Below are positions 13,283 through 26,069 of a stretch of DNA of 64,000 bases, one piece after another. Position 1 is the first letter of the stretch; every line of letters begins with the position of its first letter. Under the pieces are notes generated by a model. The model was not told where the DNA came from, did not search any database, and worked only from the letters and a program-made list of their open reading frames with translations. This DNA comes from Eledone cirrhosa. Lineage: Eukaryota. The stretch covers positions 42,842,001 to 42,906,000 of the forward strand of contig OZ024745.1 in NCBI GenBank assembly GCA_964016885.1. The letters run 5' to 3'. The position numbers were made by a program, and so were the translations under genes.

Positions 13283-13357
13283 CGTCTGATGAAGAGGTGC
13301 CAGGATAAATTACTATTAAGTAACAATTGGAAGGTTCCCCTTGAAATGTGCATAACG
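13283..13357 (+). ncRNA. Degenerate Penelope-type type I hammerhead ribozyme
   Basis: cgt-CTGATGA-stem II-GAAA-tgtgca-TA-acg. Near-palindromic short stem III. Diverged inverted partial copy at ~13155-13205. Confidence 0.5.
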
Positions 13358-13454
13358 TTTGGTTATTCAAAAAAAATTATATAATAAAGATACCTACACG
13401 CTACAAATGTATTGAGAACTTTTTTAACTGTGGTTATCCCCCGGCACAACTCGG

Positions 13455-13500
<46 letters not shown>

Positions 13501-13507
13501 ATGTGTG

Positions 13508-13603
<96 letters not shown>

Positions 13604-13798
13604 CAAATGGAAGTTTAGTAAAATCGAATTTTCGGCTGTAGCCAAGATAACGAAATACAATTAGGAATATGCAGCCAACCACTCGATGAGGCTGTGCTCA
13701 GAGTAATAACATACGTTAGATAGCAGGGCAAATTGAAAACTGTGGCAGGCAAGCCTAGCCACGACTCCGAAGCAACGAAAAATCTTTCAGGTTATGTA

Positions 13799-13828
<30 letters not shown>

Positions 13829-13833
<5 letters not shown>

Positions 13834-14573
13834 GAAAGGTACAGAAAGTATTGTAGCAAGAAGCCAACAGTATTCCATAATATATAAGTGACTATAGCGT
13901 CAAAATGGGAAAATAGTTAACATAAGATGTGGGAAAAATAATTCAAACTCAATTCAAAAAGAATCAGCATATAGATTTAACCAACAGAATTTATTGAAAT
14001 CCAGGGAAAAATCAATAGAGTGTAACTCATGATAAAACAAAGTTTAAAATACTCATCCTTCAATTTGGGACAACTACAAATGCTCTGTATAGTCTTGAAA
14101 AAGACTATTTCACGTAAACTTTCAGTGGAGATGGTCACGGTTGGAATACGATCATCAGCAGAGCTCAACACGATAGCCAAATTCTCACTGATTAATATGC
14201 CAAAAAGGGAATTTAAAAGCAGGCTAGTTTAACTTCATGCGTGATTATGAAAATAAAACGCACATGTGGAAAAACAGGGCTGGTGACGTCAGAATGAGAC
14301 GAATGTTTGTTTACATGAAACAACAGTCAAAAACATTTGGAAAAAAACTCTACAATAAGGAGTTCAGCAAAAAGCAATATTATCGCGGTTTTTTTTTTTT
14401 AATTACCGGGATTAGACACAAATAATTTAAGCACTCTAGGAAAGAAATCCGAGTATAAATATATAAATGAAAGGTATAGAAAGTATTGTAGCAAGAAGCC
14501 AACAGTATTCCATAATATATAAGTGACTATAGCGTCAAAATGGGAAAATAGTTAACGTAAGATGTGGGAAAAA
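13829..14573 (-). mobile_element. Hammerhead-containing ~635-bp repeat unit, about 1.2 copies
   Basis: Reverse-complement homolog of 58723-60305. 13831-13938 recurs at 14466-14573. Flanked by (TA)n and (TC)n(TA)n. Confidence 0.85.
14082..14164 (-). ncRNA. Type I hammerhead ribozyme
   Basis: Minus: gctctg-CTGATGA-t cgta...tacg t-GAAA-tagtctt(tttc)aagacta-TA-cagagc. Confidence 0.75.
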
Positions 14574-14649
<76 letters not shown>

Positions 14650-14654
<5 letters not shown>

Positions 14655-14903
14655 TTCAAAATATTAACAAACATAGAACTTCTTGTGATCAAGTATATTT
14701 TATTATACATATTCAGAGGTACTGAGCTAACTTCAACAGTACGTCCTCATCAGATAAAATAAGATGATGCATGACATACCCTGACATAGTAGATGGTTAA
14801 TTGAATTAATATTAATAACTCCGGAAAACCATTACTGTTGAGTGCTTCCAATCTATTGTAAAACTCATCTTTGATTTATTCATTGAAACTTGTTTAACCT
14901 TTA
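14650..14903 (-). mobile_element. Penelope-like 3' remnant with degenerate hammerhead (14697-14760)
   Basis: attttat-CTGATGA-stem II (gtactg/cagtac)-GAAt..TA-ataaaat. Upstream peptide EFYNRLEALNSNGF resembles a Penelope GIY-YIG C-terminus. Related piece at 56568-56640. Confidence 0.5.
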
Positions 14904-14906
14904 AAT

Positions 14907-14976
<70 letters not shown>

Positions 14977-14977
<1 letters not shown>

Positions 14978-16274
14978 TAGCAGTTTAGTCCGGCGTTGCT
15001 CGGGTTTGTTCATTTGCTATAAAAAGTTACATACAGGTAAACGGGGCTTGAAAGCGAATAAGCTTATCAATTAAGTGCATAAAGCAGTTGAACCGTTTAT
15101 TAAAAGTTACGAACCAATTAGCATTTGGGACAATCAATGATGGGTTAATAATCTTCCAATAGCGAATTTAGCAGACCAAAATTGCAAGATGGTGGCCCTG
15201 ATGCCGCTGGGTGTCAGATATGTCCGCCATGGGTGACCCTACCAGGAAATAGTTTTCCACAGACGGCATAGCTCCAACACCTCCAACACCTGCACCAACA
15301 TCTATAGCACCTCTTTGTAGACGATATTGCGTGTCATCCCTTGAGGAGTGTAAGCAAAAAGTCCATTCCTGCTCCCTACGCGGGAACGGGCAACATAAAG
15401 TTGGCCATGGGAGAAGCATGGCTCCCCCAAATGGATGCCCGACACCGACAATGTTTGCCCTTGTCACTTGTTAATGGACATGGCAAAACATGGTCTCACC
15501 GGGAATTAGGATCGCCGGAAATCGAACGGGATATCTGACGCCGAGGGGAAACGGTTCATCCTTGGCAGTGTATTCGGCAGAATTGCCAGAAGTACAACAC
15601 TATGGATGTTGTCATATTAATATTTAACCAATGAAAGTCGTAAAAAATAAATAATTTAAACATTCCGATTCATATGTCTTTAGCATTAATCTGTTATATG
15701 AAGTGTTATTTTGCGGGTTGTTATTTGCAATAAGCCGATTTAATATACCCCAGAAAAGCCGTATGTCAATACGGAACTCCAATGACTCCCCCAGCAGTTA
15801 AATTATAGAGAGAGGGAAGGGCGACGGAGAGAGTAAAGCTACGAAACTATAGGGAGGTGTGTTAAACCTCAAAGCATGAAGAGAGTAAAGCAGTTAAATT
15901 ATAGAGAGGAGGGATGATCTATTATAGAGAGAGGGAAGAGCGACGGAGAGAGCGTTATGACTATCGTTGTATAAAATGACGTGTTGCTTAGTTTTCAAAG
16001 TTTATGTCGCGTTCCTGAACGAAGTTTTGTCGCAGCTGGGTAGTAGAGAGAGTGAATAAGCGTATAAGAGAAAGGGTTACAGCATGTATTTAGTTTTATC
16101 GATTTTTTTCATAGAAGCAGGGAATTTTTGGCAAAGTTTATTACGCGTTGACCATCGTTGGTAAATTTGGAGCACATTGGGGAAAATATCATCAAAATCG
16201 GTAGAGAAATGTGGAAATGCATAAAAATCATACACACACACAGACAGACATCTTCCGTTTTATATATATAGAGA
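14977..16274 (-). mobile_element. Non-autonomous Helitron
   Basis: Minus strand starts TC(TC)TATATATATAAAA and ends cccgagcaacgccgg hairpin + CTAG|T. Shares its 5' part with 23470-23655. Confidence 0.85.
15302..15580 (-). pseudogene. Helitron Pif1-family helicase C-terminal remnant
   Basis: DIPFDFRRS*FPVRPCFAMSINK*QGQTL...CFSHGQLYVARSRVG...NIVYKEVL*, with two in-frame stops. Confidence 0.88.
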
Positions 16275-16744
16275 TAGCAAACTTGTAAAGAAAACAATAT
16301 ATGTGGGACGAATAAACAAAAGCATCTAACTTCCTCATCAGCCATTCCCTGGAGAATGCAATTTCGTGGTAAGGCTAGCATTGAAGTGCTTAAATGTTAT
16401 TGTAAACATTACAGTATTAAATATATTGAAAATACGTAAATATTGCATTAAAATAGTAATAAGATTGTATGAAAGCGAGCTTTGCAAGCATTTTACTGAT
16501 GTCACATTTTTTTAACCAGTTGAAAACTTACAAATTCTATAAGAACACCAATTACCGTTTCTTTGAATAAGAGTCTAAATACATAAATACATGTGTGAGT
16601 GTATGTGTGTATGTATGGATTCCTTATGGAGTCTTGGGGGCCTCGTAATGACATACAGCATTTCTAAGACTGGCGGAACCCATCCTCTTCACAGATATGA
16701 TCGTAACCGATTTTTTTTTTACAGAATAGGAAGAAATGAGAAAG

Positions 16745-16910
16745 CGATGCAGGAGAACTGACCCCAGTACTGAACTGGTACTATTTTTACCTCGAAAGGA
16801 TGAAAGGCAAAGTTGACCTCGAAAGGATGAAAGGTAAAGTTGACCTCATCGTATAGAGAGCCAGAACGAATGCCGCAAAGTATTCTATCCGACTCGCTGA
16901 GTCTGCCAAA
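16745..16910 (-). mobile_element. SINE family A with internal tandem duplication
   Basis: acctcgaaaggatgaaagg(c/t)aaagttg occurs twice. Confidence 0.75.
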
Positions 16911-18084
16911 TCGCTGTGTGTGTACTTCTTGAAAGTTCAAGACAGTTAAAGACATTACCTATCAAAATATAATCAAGGTAAATGTTATGTAATCTATAAC
17001 CTAAGATAGCAATATAGTTTCAATGCTAGGTGAAGCCATTTCATTTTTCTTTCATCGAGAATGCTCGGGGTGGGGACAAGAACATTAACTATACTGCCAA
17101 TTGTTTTCTTCCTATGCAATTCAGAGCCTTTCTGTCTAGACAAAATAAAAATCAATATTCTGAAAATACTTTCAAGAAAATAATTTCCTGAATACATTAT
17201 TTATTTATTTATTTACTAAGCTATGAATGAAAAAAGATACGATTTTTACATGCTAAAATAATGTGTGGATGTAAACACTAAAAGTACAGATAAGAGTGCA
17301 CAGCATTTGTTCTTTGTATCAACATCCCATACTTAGTTTAAATTATATGTAGTTCTAGAATATTTATTTGTAAAAATGTTTCTCAAAACATTTTCTGTGT
17401 ATATTTTGAATATTGTATGGAAATGTTTTCTGGAAATATATTCTAAAAATACATCATTCTATTAATACGAAACTGGAACGTTTTCTGGCAATATTTTCGA
17501 CAAATTACTTCTGAGAAACATGTCTGAAATGCCTGTTAGAAATATCATCTCAAAATATTTCTATAGTTGTTGTTGCTGTTGTTGTTGTTTACATCCAGTC
17601 AAACTAAACAAGTCGGTAATATGATGCGATATATCTAGGACTACATTTTGTAATGTGCCCTTTCCTTTTTAAGACAATACTGGATGATTTGTAAAAATTT
17701 TGGTTGTAGAAGCTCTCTCTTTGGCTCGTATTTTGTAGAATGTTTTAATGTTGCAAAGATTTTTGAAAGAATTTTCTAGAATATTTTTCTAATAAATATT
17801 TCAGCAAAATTTTCTAAATTTTATTCAAGCATTTTTTTTTTTTTTTTTTCTGAAAACAATTTTACTTTAAAATGACCTGCACCTTAGACTAAGATTCTTG
17901 TTTTAATCGGATGAGGTATAGGTCACCAATAACATTTTTCAGGTTCTTCTTAAACTGATTTCGATCAATGCAATAGGGATGCAACTTTGCAGGGACATAT
18001 TTAAAGTTCTAAAGGGTTACAATACCGATTCCACCTCACGATTTTTATTCCTTATTGAAGCAAGCTATCCTATTTTATTTACCT

Positions 18085-19390
18085 TACTACTCCGACCACC
18101 ACCATCACAGTCACAATTGCTACCACTATCATAATCACAACACCATTGCCACTATCATAATCACAACTACCACCTCTGTCATAACTACTGCCACCACCAC
18201 TATTTCTATCACAGTTACAGCTACCACTCCAATACCTCCACCACTGCTGCCACCATCCCATCACAACTACCACCAACATCGCCACCACCATCAGTGTCAC
18301 AACTACCACCACCACCACCACCACCACCAACTACTACTATCACCACCGCCGCTACCATAACAGTCAGAACTACCACCACTATCACAATGACCATCATACA
18401 GTCACAACTACTACCACCACCACCACCGTTGTCACAGTCACAACTACCACCACCACCACCACCACAGTCACAACTATAACCACTACTGCCGCCACCATAA
18501 CAGTCAGAACTACTACCACCACCACCACCACCACCACAGTCACAACTACTACCACCACCACAGTCACAACTATAACCACTACTGCCGCCACCATAACAGT
18601 CAGAACTACTACCACCACCACCACCACCACCACAGTCACAACTACTACCACCACCACAGTCACAACTATAACCACTACTGCCGCCACCATAACAGTCAGA
18701 ACTACCACCACGACCACCACAGTCACAACCACTACCACCACAACCATCACTATTGCAACCACTACCACCACCACCACCACCACCACCACCACCACCACCA
18801 CCACAGTCACAGCTACAACCACTACCACCACCACCATCACTATTGCAACCACCACCAACACCACCACCACCACCACCACCACAGTCACAACTACAACCAC
18901 TACAACCACCACCACCACTATTGCAACCACCACCAACACCACCACCACCACCACCACCACAGTCACAGCTACAACCACTACCACCACCACCACCACCACC
19001 ACCACCACAGTCACAGCTACAACCACTACCACCACCCCCACCACCACCACAGTCACAACTACAACCACTACCACCATCACCATCACTATTGCAACCACCA
19101 CCACCACCACAGTCACAACTACAACCACTACCACCACCACCACCACCACCACAGTCACAACTACAACCACTACCACCATCACCATCACTATTGCAACCAC
19201 CACCACCACCACAGTCACAACTACAACCACTACAACCACCACCATCACTATTGCAACCACCACCACCACCACAGTCACAACTACAACCACTACCACCATC
19301 GCCAACACCACCACCACCACCACCACCATCACCACCACCACCACCACCACCATCACCATTACTATTGCAACTACCACCGCCAACACCATT
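18085..19390. repeat. (ACC/ACA/ACT)-built compound minisatellite
   Basis: accaccacagtcacaactac-type units with higher-order repetition. Confidence 0.92.
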
Positions 19391-20062
19391 AGTACTTCCG
19401 CTCCCGACGAGCTGTCGTTATAAATGTTCGTGTCAGCTTGTCTTATAAGACATTTACATCGCTAGTAAATGTAGCCCTCGTTAAACTGTTATAGCGTTCC
19501 ATGTGGGTGTGTTTGCACTGATGTTTCACGGCCACACATGTCCGTTTGTTGATGACAGTATATATTACCCCGGAATTGCATTCAATATTTTCGCAGTTTT
19601 CTCTTTGTTTTTTATGTCTTTTTGTCAGATAATTGTTTGTTTTATTTTCTGCAACCGTGGTCTGATTGAATCTCCTCAAAATATAAAATGTCCTCAAAGT
19701 ATAAAAAAAAAACAACATCGGAAAGCAATGCCATCTTTATAAGGATTTGTACGGAATATTTCATGCATTAAACACTGTTTATTCAAATTTGATTCTCTCT
19801 CCCTCTCTCCCTCTCTATATATCCCTGTCACCCACTTCACACGGATTCTTCTCTCCTTTTCATTTCTATGTATTTTCCTTTTTAATTTTTTTCGTCTTAT
19901 AGGTATGGGGTGTGTCGTTCAAAGAAATACTCGGAGAGAGAGAGAAATATTCCGTATAAATTCACTGCAAGAGAAAGATGAGGGTGGGACTTATATTTTC
20001 AAAAGACGATAAAAGAACAGAATTTAGATTGGAAATCTAATTGTATAAAGTACCTACCTGGC

Positions 20063-20210
20063 TGTAGACACAACATGACCGAATGGTTAAGAAATTTGCT
20101 TACCAATCATTAGGTCCCGGGTTCGATTCTAAGTGTCTCGGGTCGACCTATGATTTGTGAGTGGATTTAGGTAGACGAAAACTGTTTAGAAACCAGTCAA
20201 ATGAACTGTA
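20063..20210 (+). mobile_element. tRNA-derived SINE (family B), internally deleted
   Basis: A-box-like tgaccgaatgg, B-box ggttcgattc, tail gtgagtggatttaggtagacgaaaactg. Related to 38448-38615. Confidence 0.7.
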
Positions 20211-20240
20211 TGTGTAATTCGTATAATATATACACATACA

Positions 20241-20460
20241 CAGTGGCGGACTGGCCAGGTTGCCCAATGGCAAGTGGGCCCACGGTAGCATCGCAAGGGC
20301 CACAGTAGCATTGCAGGGCCCACTGTAGTATTTTAGGGGCCAATGCTTTGCTTTCAAAAAATACCTGAAGTCTAAGAGAAAGAATAAAAAAATTTTTAAA
20401 ATAAATAAAACAATTTAGCTAAGCATTTGGTCAACCAATTCACCAGGGAATTAATAGAAA
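20241..20460 (+). mobile_element. Left end of hAT-type DNA transposon
   Basis: TIR CAGTGGCGGACTGG, subterminal GGGCC(C)AC repeats, preceded by CACATACA. Confidence 0.7.
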
Positions 20461-20559
20461 CCAAAATATACGATAGTGCAAATAGCTGTAATTAGTGGTT
20501 GTACATTCTACTAAATCTAAAGCTTAGTGTATTCATTCATGCATACAAAAACATGCATA

Positions 20560-22190
<1,631 letters not shown>

Positions 22191-23638
22191 CTAGCAGAAG
22201 TGCCCGGCGTTTCTCGAAGTTTAATTGCTTTAAAGTACTTTTAATGATTCCACTCAATTATGAATATTGAGGCATTGAAAGTAAATACGGGTAAGTTTGA
22301 AAATATACAACAATAGCATCTACTCACCACATGTCAGACCGGCAAGACTGCAGTGGTGCTGAATAGAGGAGTCACAACACCTCTATGTAGACCACATTTT
22401 TTGTTCTGCCTTTGGGAGCAAGTATGAATAAGTTCTGCTTGCATCCCACTCTTGAGCATGCGACGTATAATTGGCCGTTTGGGTGGCATGACCGTAGATT
22501 CAAAGAATGTGTTTGGTAGCGAAAATTTTCAAATGAACTTTGAATTAGTTTAAAGTGAGGACCGAACACGTAAATATTTATGCAGGTAATGGAGCATGAA
22601 AGGGGGAGTAGCCAAAACTTTCAATTGAACGGTGAGTAAATGGAAAGTGAGTACTAAGTAAGATCTATGAAGAATGCACGTCAAATAATAGGTCAAACCT
22701 GGAAGCCAAGCCTGTCTGAGTTATAGCACAAAAGAGCGTAAACAGGGGCGTTATTTTGGAGCACACTGGAAAATAAATCATCGAAATCGGACGTTCGTGA
22801 AAAAAGTTTTCTCATTAATTTTTTGTCTCATATTGAGAAAAACAAAGAAAGAAAATTACAAAAAGGACAACAATAAAATATAATGTCTTTGTTGAGAATC
22901 ATGTAAATAAATGCTTAAGCGTCGTTTGTTGTTTTATAAATTCATCTGTTGCTTTTGAATATTTGTTATTTGATGTAAAATGTAAGTGTGTAAAATGTAA
23001 CGTTGAGAGAGCAGTATGTATTTAGTGTTATCGGCTTTTTAAATTTTGATATTTGATGTATGACGAACGAAGAGGGGGAATGGCCGATTATAGAGAGAGA
23101 GAAGTTTTGTCGTTGTTCTAAACTGAAATGGAGACGAAGGCAGTAACCTTTTAAAGAGAGTTGCAGAGGAGATTGAGGGTAGTGAGAGGAATGAAGCGTG
23201 TAAGAGAGAGGGTTATCAAAGTTTGTGTCGCGTTCCTTCAAAAGAAGTTTTGTCGTTGTTCTAAACTGTAATTGTTTCTACTTTTGGCACAAGGCCACCA
23301 ATTATCAGTACATTACTGGTACTTTATTTTATCGACCTCGTAAGGATGAAAGGCAAAGTTAACCTCGGCGGGATATGGTGATAGGTTAGTAGACGGAGGC
23401 AGTAACCTTTTAAAGAGAGTTGCCGAGGAGATTGAGGGTACTGAGAAGAATGAAGCGTGTAAGAGAGAGGGTTACAGCATGTATTTAGTTTTATCGATTT
23501 TTTTTCATAGAGGCAAAAATAATTACGCGTTGACCTGCCCTGGTAAATTTGGAGCACATTGGAAAAAAATCATCAAAATCGGTAAAGAAATGTGGAAATG
23601 CATAAAAATCATACACACACACAGACAGACATCTACCG

Positions 23639-23655
<17 letters not shown>
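22191..23655 (-). mobile_element. Non-autonomous Helitron with helicase tip, internal duplication and nested SINE (23268-23375)
   Basis: CTAG end with hairpin at 22191. GQLYVACSRVG...KNVVYIEVL at 22372-22480. 5' part matches 16080-16270. Confidence 0.82.
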
Positions 23656-23669
<14 letters not shown>

Positions 23670-24123
23670 CCCGGCAATAATTAAGCCCAAAGTATTTTTA
23701 TGAGTGTATAACTCTATATTTTATTTGAATTTCGGTTCCTAGAATTGTGAGCTAACAAGTTGGGTGAATTAATTTAGGCTATTATTTCTAGCCGTTTTAC
23801 AATCCACCCACGCAACTTGAAACGACGAACTCACAAGGTATTTCATTACCTCGTGTTTATTTACTTTACCTACTCTGATAGGTGTTTATTGCATATAATC
23901 TTATCTCCCGCTGAGGACTGCCTCCGGTTTATCTGTTACAAACACAACTTTTCAGGGTGAAACAGATTAATCTCTAATCTGTCCGGGAGATAATAGTTAT
24001 TGAAACGGTCAGTACATTTTAATCTATCTTGTATTTTCCGTTTGATTCTGTGTTTATATTCGTCTAACCAACATGGTCTTACTACCCTTGTAATTCTAAA
24101 CACACAATTTACTGTGTTTATTC

Positions 24124-24126
<3 letters not shown>
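23670..24126 (+). mobile_element. (TA)n-flanked non-coding element carrying a hammerhead ribozyme
   Basis: Unique ~455-bp segment between two (TA)n tracts that contains the fold at 23901-23993. Confidence 0.6.
23901..23993 (+). ncRNA. Type I hammerhead ribozyme, GUC cleavage site after 23983
   Basis: Stem I ttatctcccg/cgggagataa (10 bp), CTGAGGA, irregular stem II, GAAA (23959-62), stem III cagatta/taatctg (7 bp), then TC. Confidence 0.85.
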
Positions 24127-24191
<65 letters not shown>

Positions 24192-24195
<4 letters not shown>

Positions 24196-24500
24196 GTTTC
24201 TTCTCTTGGAACAAGGCCAGAAATTACTCAGTACATTACTGGTACTTTATTTTATCGACCCCGTAAGGATGAAAGGCAAAGTTAACCTCGACGGGATTTG
24301 AACTCAGACCGTAATAGGACATAACTATGCTAGAAAGCATGGCGTCAAACCCTTTACCGATACTGCTAATATATAATAATAATAATAATTGTTTCTACTT
24401 TTGGCACAAGGCCAGCAATTACCCAGTACATTACTGGTACTTTATTTTATCGACCCCGTAAGGATGAAAGGGAAAGTTGACCTCGGCGGGATTTGAACTC

Positions 24501-24501
<1 letters not shown>
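24192..24501 (-). mobile_element. Two tandem SINE family A copies (24192-24368, 24375-24501)
   Basis: Core and B-box in both. Second copy has (AAT)n on both sides. Confidence 0.88.
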
Positions 24502-24551
<50 letters not shown>

Positions 24552-24825
24552 TAAAGTGGGAGGTAAAAAGGATTTGGAACTGCCATGAAGTCAAAGTGGT
24601 CCCGATTGTCATAGGCGCACTAGGTACTATCTCAAAATGTTTCCAGGGATGGTTAAAGAAAATTGGCCCCGCCACGCTTTTTGGAACGCTTCAAAAGGCA
24701 TGCTTGCTGGGAACGGCAAGAACCCTCCGATACGTCCTGAATATCTGAGGCTGCAGGTAGTGGCTTGATATTCATTGCAACAAACTTTCCAGTTAACTAA
24801 CATCAATGACTGAGACTCAAAGAAC
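24552..24825 (+). mobile_element. 5'-truncated R4/Dong-clade non-LTR retrotransposon (copy 1)
   Basis: LKWEVKRIW...VPIVIGALGTI...LQKACLLGTARTLRYVLNI*, short 3' UTR, (AAT)n on both sides. Confidence 0.85.
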
Positions 24826-24875
<50 letters not shown>

Positions 24876-24876
<1 letters not shown>

Positions 24877-25749
24877 CAAATACGTGACTGATAGTAGGGA
24901 GCCAATACTCAGAATTGTACTGAAGGAGAGGACAATAGACCAGCGGATGTTCAAGGAGGAAATAACAACAAGGAGAAAGAGAAACCTTCATGAAAAATCC
25001 CTTCATAGTACCTTCTTTGAGAAAACTGAATTCAGAGATCCACAGACATGGAACTGGTTGAAAAGAGGAGACCTTAAAAAGGCTACAGAAGGAATGCTAA
25101 TGGCTACGCAAGAGCGGGCCCTCAAAACGAAGTGGCTGAAACACCATATTTACAAGGAGGAGGCTAGCCCACTGTGTAGGATCTGTGGAGAGAGGGGAGA
25201 CTGTGGCTCACATTGTATCCGAGTGTAAACACCTAACCCAGACTAACTATAAAGGCTGGAGACATGATGTGATGGGCAGGGTGATCCACTGGCACCTATG
25301 CAAAGTAAACAATTTACCACATTCTGAGAAGTGGTATGAGCATAAGCCAGAGTCGGTGATAGAAAACGATCAGATGAAGGTGCTGTGGGATTTTAGGATA
25401 CAGACGGACAAGAAACTGGAACACAATAGACCTGACCTGGTGGTTTGGGACAAGGAAAAAAGATCGTGCCTGATTGTGGATGTAGCCTGCCCATTCGACA
25501 CAAGAGTGCAAGAGAAGGAGAGGGAGAAAATTAACCGATACCAGGACTTAAAGTGGGAGGTAAAAAGGATTTGGAACTGCCGTGAAGTCAAAGTGGTCCC
25601 TATTGTCATAGGCGCACTAGGTACTATCTGAAAGAGTTTCCAAGAACACTCTCATACGTCCTAAATATCTGAGGCTGCTGGTAGTGGCTTGATATTCATT
25701 TCAACAAACTTTCCAGTTAAATAACATCAATGACTGAGACTCAAAGAAC
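24876..25749 (+). mobile_element. 5'-truncated R4/Dong-clade element (copy 2): CCHC motif + restriction-like endonuclease, disrupted
   Basis: CRICGE/ETVAHIVSEC, RHD, LWDFRIQTD, RPDLVV..IVDVACPFD..EKINRYQDL. Frameshift near 25190, stop and deletion near 25630. Same 3' end as copy 1. Confidence 0.9.
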
Positions 25750-25808
<59 letters not shown>

Positions 25809-26069
25809 TTTCTTTATTAACCACAAGGGTTTACATAAAGTAGACATTAAGGACAGTGCAGGACAATGCAGGACAGTACAAATGGGCATTTCTGCGTGTA
25901 AAAAAAACAAAAACAGAGGATGTAACAAAAATAACAATGAAAATAACAATGAAAAATTCCCCAATAGGGGGGAGACTTCGGAGGGACATTTGTGGAGAAA
26001 GCCCAGTAAAAAGCCACAATGACCCTGACCACCAAGGCAAGTGCCCTCTCCCAGTTTTCCACCTTTAGT

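Noticed and set aside
16994-17160. Possible minus-strand exon (ttttcag acceptor, open frame)
   Set aside because: Weak donor and unrecognisable peptide.
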